Source: Hydrolagus colliei
Taxonomy: Eukaryota
DNA length: 64,000 nucleotides
Direction of reading: 5' to 3'
NCBI GenBank assembly: GCA_035084275.1
Contig: CM068765.1
Location: forward strand, 5,456,001 to 5,520,000
The notes beneath the pieces were generated by a model. That model saw nothing but the letters and a program-made list of their open reading frames with translations. It did not search any database and was not told where the DNA came from. Position 1 is the first letter of the stretch. Each line of letters starts with the position of its first letter. This document shows, in pieces, positions 52,115 through 64,000 of the stretch. The position numbers and the translations under genes are program-made.

Positions 52115-52277
52115 TGAGACTATTCCTATTCAGCATTTACACGGGAATCCACTCTGCATGAATCAGTTTTACCAGATCCTCTCGTCCTGTCGCATTCCTG
52201 GATCTAAACAGGATACCATCGTCAACTACTTTAATACTAAAAATCCAACGCATATAACCATCGTGCACAATTTTCAG
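52115..52277 (+). CDS. CRAT: CRAT coding exon 5
   Basis: ETIPIQHLHGNPLCMNQFYQILSSCRIPGSKQDT...HITIVHNFQ. Confidence 0.95.
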
Positions 52278-52372
52278 GTGCGAGATGTACGAATTGTATC
52301 TTAGACTTTTAAAACCTTTAATTTCTTGTACTGTATTAAGTTGTTGCTGTTTTTCCTCCTGTCCACACCCAG

Positions 52373-52547
52373 TTCTTTGAGCTCAACGTGTATAACAGCG
52401 ATGGCAGCCCCCTGACTGTTGACCAGATCTACATTCAGTTAGAGAAGATCTGGAACTCTTCGCTTCAGACGAACAAGGAGCCGATTGGAATCCTTACCAC
52501 TGGCCACAGAAATACCTGGGCAAAAGTTTACAACACGCTTATTAAAG
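52373..52547 (+). CDS. CRAT: CRAT coding exon 6
   Basis: FFELNVYNSDGSPLTVDQIYIQLEKIWNSSLQTNKEPIGILTTGHRNTWAKVYNTLIK. Confidence 0.95.
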
Positions 52548-53022
52548 GTTAGTTTTTCTGGCTGTGAACAGCAAACACCAGGAGCTGTACACAGTTGAGA
52601 TTCTGACCCACTGGAGCCGGGTTGGAAATGGGACAAGTTACGGGGAAACCTCATTTCTGTGTTTGGCTGAGTAATGTCTCACCGACTTCATTATAGGAGC
52701 AGAAAACATTAGCTGATTTCCCTGTCGTCGGGTTCCCGTTGACATGACTGCTTGGGCATGTATAGGCTTCACTGAGCCAGGCTGAAGATTGTATGGGATG
52801 GATGGTTGATTGGTGGTTGGTTTATAATCAGCTAAGGTTATGTGTTGATGTTTGACATGGAAGTGCTTGGGTGGATTTTGACTTGTAGAAGGATTATTGC
52901 CGGGCGATTACTGGAATGTATTCCCAGTGATCCCCTGTCACTGTTAGACACAGCTATTCACCCGTTCTATATTGAGATTTGAGACTTTTTAAATTGTGCC
53001 AATGCTTTTATTCCTGACACAG

Positions 53023-53201
53023 ATAAGGTTAACAAGGAGTCTGTGAAGTGTATACAGAGGAGCATCTTCACGGTGTGTCTGGACGCCCCAGTGCCCAGAG
53101 TGTCTGATGAGCAGTACCTGAGCCGCGTGGCAGGTCAGATGCTTCACGGTGGAGGCAGTCGATGGAACAGTGGCAACAGATGGTTCGACAAAACCCTACA
53201 G
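53023..53201 (+). CDS. CRAT: CRAT coding exon 7
   Basis: KVNKESVKCIQRSIFTVCLD...MLHGGGSRWNSGNRWFDKTLQ. Confidence 0.95.
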
Positions 53202-53485
53202 GTATTAGGGGGCCTCCAGGTCTCGTCTATGGTCTAATACCTTTCTCCCTCCCCTCCCCCTTACCCTGCACCCCCCTCCCCCTACCCTGCACCCCCCCCT
53301 CCCCCCCATGCTTGGATCCTGACCCCTTCAGAGCTTTGGGACGTCCTCCCGGTGTGAAAGGCGCTTTAGAAGTGTAATGTTGTCGTAGTTGCTTATTGGT
53401 GTCCATGTCATCTGAGCTCTCTCCCAACATCTGCTTCTGTACAGCGTTGGTCTACAACTCCCCCTCGATCCCTCTGCCTTGGTAC

Positions 53486-53997
53486 TGTTGAATCCGATAT
53501 TTGTGTAGTATTATTTATCTATTAGAAAAACAACACTTCAAACAGATAATTAGAATGCGCTTTATTAATACGATACTAGTAAAGGAGAGGAGAATATGCG
53601 ACTCTCAATGGGAGTCGCTCTTGTCCTCTGAGTTTGGAACAGTCCAACTCCTCCTTTTATACACTTAAAACAATACACAATGTATTAGTTGAATTACAGA
53701 GGGAATGGACAGAAATGAATGCTATCTTGACACACGTAATTACTTATCAAAGTCACATGGAGATAGGTATAGCTGCTGGCGTCAGTGGTACCACCCAGCT
53801 CAAGGCCTGTCTGTTCCCGTGAGAAATGAGTATTGACCAGACCTTCTTTGAATACCAAGATACTGAGAGTTCTTTTAGTTCAACTAGATCAGTATATGTG
53901 TCTGTTTTACTTTAATGAGGTTAATAATTATCCCAATATTAGTTCTAATTATAATATAGTTTGATCACACGGGTATATGTTTAATTATACTTCCACA
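53486..53997 (-). mobile_element. Solo LTR (ERV1/Gypsy-like) nested in an L2 fragment, CRAT intron 7
   Basis: TG...CA ends with short inverted termini (TGTTGAA/TGTGGAA); 4-bp TSD GTAC; minus-strand TATAAAA (53661-53655) followed by AATAAA (53566-53561); flanks rejoin into a continuous L2 3' region. Confidence 0.85.
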
Positions 53998-54352
53998 GTA
54001 CCTCTCTCCCACTATCAGGTCCGGCCTAAAGACCTTCCTTTCCAATCGTGCTTACGGTCACTTCCCTCTACCCCTAGCTCGGGGTCATACTCCGCTACAG
54101 TCAAGTGTTCTGGGATACTGCCTCGCATAAAAGGGCGCTGTAGAAATGCAAGAACATAAAAATTAGGAGCAGGAGTAGGCCATTCGGCCCCTCAAGCCTG
54201 CCCAATGGGCCGAATGTGAGTTGCTGTCGAAAGTGAGTGATTGAAGCAGACTTGAGAATAACCTTTGTCGTTTTTAGAAACCGCACCAAACCTCTTATAA
54301 CTTGGTAACCCTGGTGTTTGACTTGACGAAACGTTGGTTCTTGTTTCTGCAG

Positions 54353-54453
54353 TTTATTATCGGTGAAGATGGCTCCTGGGGTCTGGTGTACGAACACTCT
54401 CCAGCCGAGGGGCCGCCGATCGTCACTATGTTGGACCACGTGGTGGAGTATTG
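54353..54453 (+). CDS. CRAT: CRAT coding exon 8 (catalytic His)
   Basis: FIIGEDGSWGLVYEHSPAEGPPIVTMLDHVVEY, containing the YEH catalytic motif. Confidence 0.95.
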
Positions 54454-54565
54454 GTAAGGGCCGGGGATTCGCACGCGGGCACGGTGTTACACTGCGCTAC
54501 GAGGAGGAATCGACCCGCGACAAGGAGAACCCGATCACGCACTGAAAACCTTCCTTCTGTTTCAG

Positions 54566-54685
54566 CAAGAACTCCGAGATGGTACGATCACCGATGATTC
54601 CGTTATCGATGCCAGAAAAGTTACGGTTCAACATCACGCCAGAGATCAAGATGGACATTGAGAAAGCAAAGCAGCACCTCAACAT
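54566..54685 (+). CDS. CRAT: CRAT coding exon 9
   Basis: KNSEMVRSPMIPLSMPEKLRFNITPEIKMDIEKAKQHLN, 120 nt. Confidence 0.95.
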
Positions 54686-54803
54686 GTGAGAGGCTCTGAA
54701 CCCTCCCCTACCCCTCAACAACCCCCCCTCCGCCCACTACCCCAAGCTGGAACTGAAGACCCATAAACACAAGGCATAACACAAGTATCAGACTACCAGT
54801 TAG

Positions 54804-55598
54804 TAGGGAACGGCGATATATCGATATATCGCTAAACCCCGATATAATTTTCATATCGATATGCCGATATACACGTTTTAAAAATATCGATATATCAAAA
54901 AAACGATATGTCGAGGTAAAAAATCGGGATGCGAGCACAATCAACTACAAGACCCAGAATGCTCATCTCTATACACAATGCACAGACCGAGGTGCAAAGC
55001 CGCCATATTGTATTCACAGTCCTCGAATACAATATACAGGGCTGGGGGGTGAGAGAGACGGCTGCGGGGAGGGGGTGAGGGGGAGAGAGACGGCTGGGGG
55101 GAGGGGGAGAGAGACGGCTGGGGGGGGTGAGGGGGAGAGAGACTGCTGGGGGGGGGTGAGGGGGAGAGAGACGGCTAGGGGGGGGGGAGAGGGGTAGAGA
55201 GACGGCTGGGGGGAGGGAGACAGCTGGGGGGAGAAAGACGGCTGGGGGTGTGAGAGAGACGGCTGGGGGTGTGAGAGAGACGGCTGTGGGGGGAGGGAGA
55301 AAGAGACGGCTGGGGGGGGGGGGGGGTGCGAGAGAGGGGCAGGCGCGGGGGGGGGAGAGACGGGGTGGATGTGATAATATACAGATAGATAGAGATGGGG
55401 GGGATGTGAGAGAGGAGAAGAGACACAGAGAGAGAAAGATATTTACCTCCTGAGAAGATAGGCCCCGAATGCGCGCGCAGTCCGATGCGCGCGCGCATGC
55501 GCAGTACGAAAAACCCGAAAATATCGATAGATCGGTATATGTCAATATGAGCCAACCGATATATCCATATCGGGAAATTCCCATATCGCCGTTCCCTA
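54804..55598. mobile_element. Non-autonomous hAT-type DNA transposon (MITE) in CRAT intron 9
   Basis: Perfect 16-bp TIRs TAGGGAACGGCGATAT; 8-bp TSD CCAGTTAG (54796-54803 and 55599-55606); subterminal CGATAT repeats. Confidence 0.93.
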
Positions 55599-55919
55599 CC
55601 AGTTAGTAGTTAGTGGGTAGATAACCTAACAAGCTTACATCTGGATGGTCCATCCATTGATGCTGGATCCATTCACATCTTCCAAGACTGCAGAGGATAG
55701 ATAGTTGTTAGATCAGGGTATTAATTGATACAGGGACAAGGCAGGTAATTGGACTTGAGTTACAGGCACCACACACACCATGATTAACTACCCATTGCTG
55801 AATGGAATCTGCTGTCTGTTGGTTTGCTGCTGTCTGTTGTACTCGAAAATGGGTTGACTGGCAGAGGGGAGGGAATAGCTTGCTGTGTACAAGTAATACT
55901 ACCCGTCTGTGTTCACTAG

Positions 55920-56042
55920 GATGGTACATGACATGGACATCAAATGCTTCAACTTTCAACATTTTGGAAAAGATTTCCCAAAGTCACAGAACATCAGCCC
56001 GGACGCCTTCATCCAGATAGCACTGCAGTTAGCATATTACAG
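55920..56042 (+). CDS. CRAT: CRAT coding exon 10
   Basis: MVHDMDIKCFNFQHFGKDFPKSQNISPDAFIQIALQLAYY(R). Confidence 0.95.
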
Positions 56043-56200
56043 GTATGCAACTGTCCCTCGGTCTCTTTGCCCCGCTTCCTCCCTTGCCTCTTATTAGCTA
56101 GTTATAAGAGATTGAGTGCCGTGTCTGTAAACCACGGAGGTTATGAATGCATTTCCAGTCTCTGCGCTTCCTTTCTTCATGATATTCGTGTCTCCATCAG

Positions 56201-56336
56201 GATCTACGGCCACGCCTGCTCCACATACGAGAGTGCGTCGCTGAGGGCATTCCAGTTTGGCCGCACAGACACCATCCGCTCGGCCTCCGTCAGCTCTTTG
56301 GCCTTTGTCGTGGCCATGGACGACGCACAGCTACAG
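56201..56336 (+). CDS. CRAT: CRAT coding exon 11
   Basis: IYGHACSTYESASLRAFQFGRTDTIRSAS...DDAQLQ. Confidence 0.95.
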
Positions 56337-57123
56337 GTGATGACGCAGTTCTGAATCTCTTTGTTTTTCCACGACTGTTTGTGGGGGACGCCGCTGTGCG
56401 CAATTGGCTGCCGCGTTTCGTCCACAAATATACAGTCAATTCACTTTACAGTATATTCTGTGAAGCGCTTTGAGACGTCGATAGGATGTGAAAAGCGCTG
56501 TAGTATTGGTTTCCATTCACTGGGAAACTTCTGGTATTTACTACATATTTTAACATTCATCTTTAGGGGTTGAGTGGTGTAGGTATCAGGTGTTACCCAG
56601 GTCCCTTTCATACTATGTTCAAATCTGCCCTGGACTATCAGGTCACCTGCATCAGGTCTCACTCTCTGATGGAGGACCACTGAGCTACAAAACAGCTGCA
56701 CCAAAACCACACTATCTCTCGCCCTTGATTCTCGACAACCCCTATGATGTGTCGCGAGCCTTCCAAAGGACGTTTTAAGAAAGAAAAACTCCCTCACAAA
56801 CTGATGTCACTGGGAATCGAGAGATGTGGATTCATAATTGACTGAAACAAAGAAACCAGGTGGTCATCAGGGAAACAAAGCAATAATGGGGTGTCTCAGG
56901 GCTGTGAGCCGAGACTTCCTGTTCCTTTCAATCTTGAGCCCCTGATTTCCGGACTCGATGGTAAGTGAAATTTACATGTGACCCTAATGAAGGGTTTCCT
57001 TGAAGGATGGAGACCAAATGGACAGAGGGGCCTTTACCTGAGCCGATTGTGATTAAGTTCAGATCAGTTTATTTTTTCACTTTGTATTTAATATCTTTGA
57101 AATTATTTTACTTTGATTTTTAG

Positions 57124-57186
57124 AACCAAGAGAAGGAGACCTTACTGAGAAAGGCTGTTGAGTCTCACAAAGACTACACGGAAATG
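57124..57186 (+). CDS. CRAT: CRAT coding exon 12
   Basis: NQEKETLLRKAVESHKDYTEM, 63 nt, AG/GT bounded. Confidence 0.93.
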
Positions 57187-57304
57187 GTAAGACAGTTTAA
57201 TGTTTTCTCCTTCCCTCCCACAAGCACACACCCCCCCACCCCACACACACACACACACACACACACACAAGTGTTGAGCTTCAGTTTGCTGTTACTGCTT
57301 CCAG

Positions 57305-57442
57305 GCAATAAATGGCCAAGCGATCGACAGACACCTGCTGGGCCTGAAGATTCTCGCTATAGAAGAACTGGTCCGAGTGCCTGAGATTTTCATGGATATG
57401 TCGTACGCCATCGCTTTCCACTTTAATTTATCAACCAGTCAG
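57305..57442 (+). CDS. CRAT: CRAT coding exon 13
   Basis: AINGQAIDRHLLGLKILAIEELV...FHFNLSTSQ, containing the STS carnitine-binding motif. Confidence 0.95.
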
Positions 57443-57894
57443 GTAAAGCTTTCATTTACCTCCTGATCATTGTGAGCGCACGGTGATAAGGGAGGCAGGG
57501 GGCAGGTTTCCATCCATCAGTGCTCAAGTTCCAAATCTCACTTACGCTGTCAGGTTGGATATTTTCCAACAAGGATTGAGAATGTTGGGACAATAGCCTC
57601 TCTTCCTGCTCGCTCGCCCCCTCCCCTCCCCCCCCTCCCTCCCTCCCACCCACACTTCTTCTTGCACCTCCCTTATCTGTGACCTCTCGCCTTCCAATTA
57701 CCTCCATTTGGCCAACTCTACCTGCATATGATGTGCCTGTTGAACAGCTTCCCTCCCTTGCTCCCACTTTCCTTCCCTCTCTTCCATCCTCCACCACCCC
57801 CCCGCACCCTCCACCATGGGCAGCTGGGAGAGGCTGCCTTGTGGCCCTTGGGATTGCCAGCCTCACACGTTTGTCCTCTATTCTGTCTGTCCAG

Positions 57895-58110
57895 GTACCC
57901 GCTAAGACCAACTGTTTAATGTGCTTCGGTCCAACGGTCCCCGACGGCTACGGCGTGTGCTACAACCCCCTGGAGGACCACATCAACTTCTCCGTGTCAG
58001 CCTTCAATAGCTGCGCTGAGACCAACGCTGCCAAGTTAGCTCACTACCTGGAAACTGCTTTAAGGGAGATGAGAGACATGATTCTGCAGACCCCCAAGGC
58101 AAAACTCTGA
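57895..58110 (+). CDS. CRAT: CRAT last coding exon, ending in PTS1 (AKL)
   Basis: VPAKTNCLMCFGPTVPDGYGVCYNP...ILQTPKAKL*. The 14 exons sum to 1893 nt (630 aa plus stop). Confidence 0.96.
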   Translation, partial: VPAKTNCLMCFGPTVPDGYGVCYNPLEDHINFSVSAFNSCAETNAAKLAHYLETALREMRDMILQTPKAKL

Positions 58111-58911
58111 ATCACGCTGTACCTAAGGATGGAGAGATTAGGCCCAGGCAGCCATGTTTGTCCTGTTTGCCCTCTTTTGATTCACTATCAACTGTAAACT
58201 CGGCCTTTTTATATCAGTAGGTGGGAGAGGTGAGAGAATGATTGATCCTCCTGTGGATCAGAGCGTTGCTAGGATTCCTCCTGTACTTGTTGTGAAGAAA
58301 CTTTTGTGTTCAGTTTTTCTAGCGCCTTTGGGTTGTCCTCCTGTCATGGGAAGGTACTACATAAATGCAATTTGCTGTTGTAAATCAGGAAATGAAAGCT
58401 AATGTGCAAAGGGTGTAAGGCTGATGTGGGTGGGGGGGGGAGGCGATTTGATTCAGTGTTTTGACTTTGCCAGGCTTGGACTAATCAGCCAAGAAGAATC
58501 AACGATATCTTAATGTAATGCCCTGTTTCAATCATTCTGTCAGTCTCCAAACCAGCGGCATATTTCATAGGTGGCTGTCAGCCTGAGTCTGTGATGGCTC
58601 GAGATGATGGCCAGTGATGGGTGTCGGCTGTTCCTGCAGTGAGGCGAGCTTAAGATACTTTGTATTAATATTTAGAAACCGCTTAAGCCTCTATATTTTC
58701 CAGTTACTCGATGGGATAATGTATTGTAGGAACAGCATTCATTCTTGTAACCTGCTGAGCATGTTCCACCGTGCCAAAGACTGTAGCCCTGAGGAGTGAA
58801 TCTGTGACTCACTAATTATAGTGGTTGGTTGTGTATACTGTTAACATACACAGCTCAATCAGCTCCCATAAATAGCGGGGGAAGCAAATGTACTGAATTA
58901 ACAGAAATGTT

Positions 58912-58917
58912 AATAAA
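58912..58917 (+). terminator. Candidate CRAT poly(A) signal
   Basis: AATAAA about 800 nt after the stop; an alternative ATTAAA lies at 59452-59457. Confidence 0.45.
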
Positions 58918-61900
58918 CGTTTACATGTCACCACCCTAAGCATCCGTGCCTTTCAGTTAAATTAATATTTCAGGGCTGAGTATTGGCAGTTATTTGCTGT
59001 GGGACAAATGTTTCCAGTGTTTACAACTCCCGAAGTGCTTACTCACTTTATCGTTGAGGTGATGGCAGCTGCTTGCAGCGCTCCCACGAGAGCAATGCTT
59101 ATTATCCCTGGGATGCATCATTAAAACACTTTTATGTTTTCTCCCTCAATGTCCCTTCATCCAGACGAGATGAGGGGTAAAAAATCAGCCAGTTTGTGAA
59201 CAAGGGCATTTGGCAAGTTCCTGCAGGCGCCTGTGAAACTACACTAGTAAAAGACATTCAAATAATAAGAGAAATAATCTTCTTGGCTATCTTCTCTCTC
59301 ATTTAAGATGTCACAAGAACGTTTGTAACATCCGACAGTGCGCAGTGATTGATTGTACCGTGATGTATTTTTATACATCATATATTTTTATAGATCATAT
59401 GAAGGTTTGAATATCAGAACCAAAGGTGTACTGTAAATATTTCAAAATGATATTAAAAAATTCTTAATACTGTATATGGAGTTGCAGTAATGTGTAGTTT
59501 TTGTAAATTCTACGACTGTTCATGGGGATGTTGATGTGCGCAATTGGCCGTCGCGTTTGGCCTACAAATATACAGTCAGTTCGATTTGCAGTACATTCTG
59601 TGAAGCGCTTTGAGACATCTAGAAGACATGAAAAGCGCTATATCAAATGCAAGGATTATTATATCAAATTCAAGTATTATTATTTAAACTTACTGGTTGT
59701 AAATCATTCTTACCTCCTCTTCCCCGCAGGTCTACCTCATTTTCTTAGTCACCGTGTGTGTGTACCGGTATTTTGCCCCTGATATCTAGTGACCAGTTTG
59801 TGAAGGGAGTCTTTCATGTGGTACTTTGGCAAATGTCTTTTGGAAGTCTATTTATATATTATATGATCTGCCAGCTATTATAGGCTCTAAACTAATCAAA
59901 AAATGGACCCTCCCTCAACCTGGGATTAAAGAAAGTTCAGGAAATGTTGATGCTGAGGCTGGATTTTTTGGATTCTGTCCTCACTTTTGGATTAGTGGGA
60001 TGTTTCGTTTCACCTCCTGCTCGCACTCCCGTCCATTACAGCTCACTCACGAGATACTATACTGTAAGAGCTGCATCTTGTGACTACCAGTCTGTTTTTT
60101 GCTTGTGCAAAATCTGCACTTACAGAGATCGAGAAGGACAGTATTTTAATCGGGGGTGGAAGAGAGCGAATACAATCCCTTTCTACGTCAGTGTACTGAC
60201 CACCTCTGCTTTAACACAATGAGTAGCTCAACATCTGTTTAAAGATGCCTTAAGATCACACTGCAGGGATCGGAGTAGCGAAATCAGACACCGGAAGGAA
60301 ACAGAAAGACAAGCAAGCAGTATATTTCCCATAAAATACAATATACAGTTTTGAACATTGATGCACGCTTCCCCTTGTTACAGAGACTGGTCCTGCCTGG
60401 TGGCTTGGTCGGTGGGTCAGTCGGTCGGTCGGTGTTGCATATAGTTTCAACACGTCCAAGAAAAACAAAGATCGCATTTCAGTTTCAACACTGAAGAGCC
60501 AGAGACAAGGTGGTGGGTGATGCTCGCACTCGCTCCGAGACTAATCAGGGAAGAAATAACTAACCTCACAGCTCACCAAGGCCCCGTGACAGGTCTTTTT
60601 TTTAAAAAAGTCAACTGATGTACCTCGTTCCCACCTCGCCCACATCTAAAAGGCCAAGATGTGCCACTGATCTCCTCAGGGGGAAGGGTTGACTTTCAGT
60701 ATCAAGTACTTTATGGTTAGCTACAGCATGCTGGGTGGGTGGGTGGGTGAGTGGCTGTAGACCAAATGCCATTTTCTCTGCCCCAACAATGTGCGATTCT
60801 TGCCACAAATCCGTGATTGAAATTAGCTCTAACCTTACTTAGCGAGTGAGAGTAAATGCTCAGAAGTGACCCCCAGCAAGCGCTGGCTGAGACAGAGCAG
60901 TACCGTAACCCTCCCTGTCACGTTCCCCAAATCAGCACCTTTCTACTCAACCCAGAAAAGGGATTTGGCTCAGGTCCAGTCAGTAGGATGACCCAAACTC
61001 TACATATTTGAAGCGTCAGTTATCAGTTGCAAGTAATACTGCAACTAAAAGGATGCAAAGGTCATTACACTGTCGTCTCACACAAGCACCAAAGGCTATA
61101 AGTCTTCCCTTGAACCTGCCAGCAGAGACCCCTCTCTTCGTTCCAAAAAAAATTCCAAATAGGTTTTTGCTCAAGGTGATTCGATTGTCTTGTGAATCTG
61201 AGCATTAATCAGATTTCCCTGCCCAGTCAGTGAGTGCCACAGTACGTTGTTTATAGGGTATAGGGTTTTATAGGGTATAGGTTTACAGGGTAAAGGCGCA
61301 TGCAGTCTCCCGTTCAGTTTAAGGCTTATGTACACGGACAGACCCAAAAGCCACTCACAAACACCGCCCGAATTGCTAGTAAATCTCACTCTCACTTCTT
61401 AGCTTATCTCGTCTCACTCGGGCAGGAGGTTTGCCAGCTCCGCTTGTGGTTTAAACAGTGGTGTTGAATTGATTACCAAACGCCGTGCGCCCTAAGGACC
61501 CTCCACCCACATTGTTTGCCCACCCACCCCTCCCATTCATGAAGCGGGCAGGGACACAGGAATATAGGGAGCCTATATTCCTTGGGGGCTGAATGGATGA
61601 ATGAACGATCGGCTGATAGTGGGAAGGAGATAGTAGGAATTTCTGCTTGGTGGAAGGCAACATTGCTGCTTCAGACAGTTTAACACTAACCAGTCACAAG
61701 GGAAAGGAATCCTTGTTGGAAACCCTGTATTAATTAAAGAGCGGGGAAGTGATCTCAAGCCCACAAGCAGGCAGTCACTTAACTTCCCCCCGCAGAGTTT
61801 GGATTGTGTTAAGACGGCCCTGGGTCTCCGCACCAGTTCTCTAGCCGCTGAGCCGGGAGGGAGGAGGAAGGAAATGAAACACAATCAGACACATCTATAC

Positions 61901-64000
61901 CATGAAACATTACAAAACACTTCTCTTAGGTTAGTGAGATGGCTGTGCCAGCCGTTTGGTGTGTCCCTGCCCCTTAGATTTGCTATCAATCAGATGGCAA
62001 GTTTACAGACAGCACTATAAACAACATAACGATACTGTGCACCATAAGGCAGTCACAAGGTGAACATCACGGAGGACATGAAAGCAATCTACAAAACTGT
62101 GCTACATCTAGGGGAAGCACTGTTCAAAATAGCCCTTCATTATGTACCTGAATAGCAATTAATTTAATTTTAAATACAAATTAAAAAAACATTTATGCAA
62201 ACTTTTTTTTTTAAAACACACCTCACCAAATTTCTGTCCAAGTTTATTCAACCAGTCAGACCATCCCCCACCACACACACATATATATATTTATAGTGTC
62301 CTGGGTATAAATTACTCCAAGCCAAATGTTCATAAAACAGGAATTCAGCGCTGCTCTGAAATTAGACATCTTGTACAACTGGTTGCAGAAAATTTGTATT
62401 TTTTTAAAAAAAAACAATAGGTGTGTGCGGTTGCATTTTGTGAATTGGGCTTTGTGGTGGAGCTGTGCGATGCTAAAAGTGTTACCCAACCGATTCAGCA
62501 ACTAGAAATCTCCCAATCTCCGCTTCTACCCCAGCCAGACTGCACAAGGGAGAGGAGGCAGCCTCATGTCAGAGAAACAAAAAGCACAGAGCAGCAGCTA
62601 AAGTCTCCTACTGACATACACAATATTGACTACCAGTAACTCTCAGCTCGCTCCCAAACCAGCTCTACATTTTATAAGAAAATGCATATTGTGACTAGCG
62701 AGTGATAGAAAATAAACCTGAGTAGCATTGGGGGCGTAACGTGTGTGTTAAATCAGTTACACAAATGAGTGTCTGACAGTCAGTCAGCAACCTGTCTGTC
62801 TTCCGTTTTGCACTCTGCCACGCTATGAAGTCATTTTACTTCCAGTTAATTGCCATTTTTGAGTCCACTTGCTGATTTAAGTATGGAGCCAAACATAGCT
62901 AATGTATTGGTTTAATACCTAGCGGCTGCCAGTTAGTCACAGTGGTGAGTAAAGAGGTTAATGACCACTCGTGGGAAGCATCAACATCAAGAGTATTGCA
63001 CTGACATAAAGCTGCAAGTTGTTACAGACACCAATAAACCGGCATCAGCCTCACTCGCCTCCAAGTCAGAAAGTTGTGGTTTCAAGCCCACATCGGGACT
63101 TTGAGGACATAGTCTAGGCTAACATTCCAGAGCAGAGGAACACTCTGCACTGTATTGTCAGAAGGGCCTTCCTTTGAATGAGACGTTAAATCGATGACAC
63201 AATCTGCCTGCACAAGTGGATGTTAAAAGTCCAATGGCACCAGTCATGACACAGACCTTTTGATTCATCAAAGATCGACACTTTGCAAGACCGTCGGTGA
63301 CAGTAGAACCTGCAGCGACACGACACTCTCACAATCACTCAATCTCCTGAGATGATAAACCACAGCAAAAACCAACACAACCCAGAGTCAAATCCCTCAC
63401 CTCAATGTAATCTACCTTTTCTCCAGGTCCCCAACAATACACAGCAACCCACACACGACCCGTAAAGGCTACCACTCACAATCTATTGCCTTTGATGTGG
63501 TTTCTGCAATAGGGAGAGATGTTTGCAGTGGGAGAAAATGAAGTAACTCATCAATGTTGTTAATTCAAAATCGGGAACTGGTTTATCAGCACACCCAGGC
63601 TGAGAATTAGGTCAACATTATCATTAGTTAGCAAACACAATGTTGTCAGCGACTGAGAGCTGGAGATTTGCTAGCAATCTATCACTCTTGTCAATTTCAG
63701 CCGGGCTGCTCCTGGGAAGCACAGACTAAGGTAGTGCCCTGATATGGGGAGAGCAGCAACATCTAATAGCTCCCTACATGTCTCCCATGGTCTCGTTTCC
63801 CTGCGGTATCCTCAAAAAGACCGTATAAGCAAAAATCTATATGCCTGCAAAATACAGTCACTCCACTTTACAGTAAATCCTGTGAAGCCCTTTGGGACGT
63901 CCTCCTGACGTGAAAGGCGCTGTACCAAATGTTAACGTTATTATTTCCCACTCCGTTGCAGATGACAAGGGTGCCAAGGAGCCAAGTGAAGAGGAAATAC

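Noticed and set aside
54895-55584. 229-aa ORF inside the MITE as a possible transposase
   Set aside because: Low-complexity minisatellite translation with no hAT transposase motifs.

Overview
Vertebrate genomic DNA, most likely from a cartilaginous fish (chimaera/holocephalan-like, inferred from the SINE, L2, CR1 and Penelope repeat content). It carries the conserved IER5L - PTPA - CRAT block. IER5L is a single-exon gene on + (14734-15787) broken by one extra C in a poly-C coding minisatellite. PTPA (PP2A activator) is on - (42595 to 26708); 9 of the 10 expected coding exons were found and exon 3 probably lies in a 200-N gap. CRAT (carnitine O-acetyltransferase) is on + (43650-58110, 14 coding exons, 630 aa, ending in PTS1 AKL) and sits head-to-head with PTPA. 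The rest is dense in tRNA-derived SINEs, L2 and CR1 3' fragments and minisatellites. Distinct elements include an intact hAT-type MITE (16-bp TIR, 8-bp TSD), a solo LTR (4-bp TSD) nested in an L2, and a Penelope-type palindrome with hammerhead-like cores just past the IER5L poly(A) signal. Three retroposon tail families share a covarying nested stem-loop. Almost all ORFs in the supplied track are repeat or microsatellite artefacts. No clearly novel multi-gene system was seen. All calls were made by eye, without database searches.
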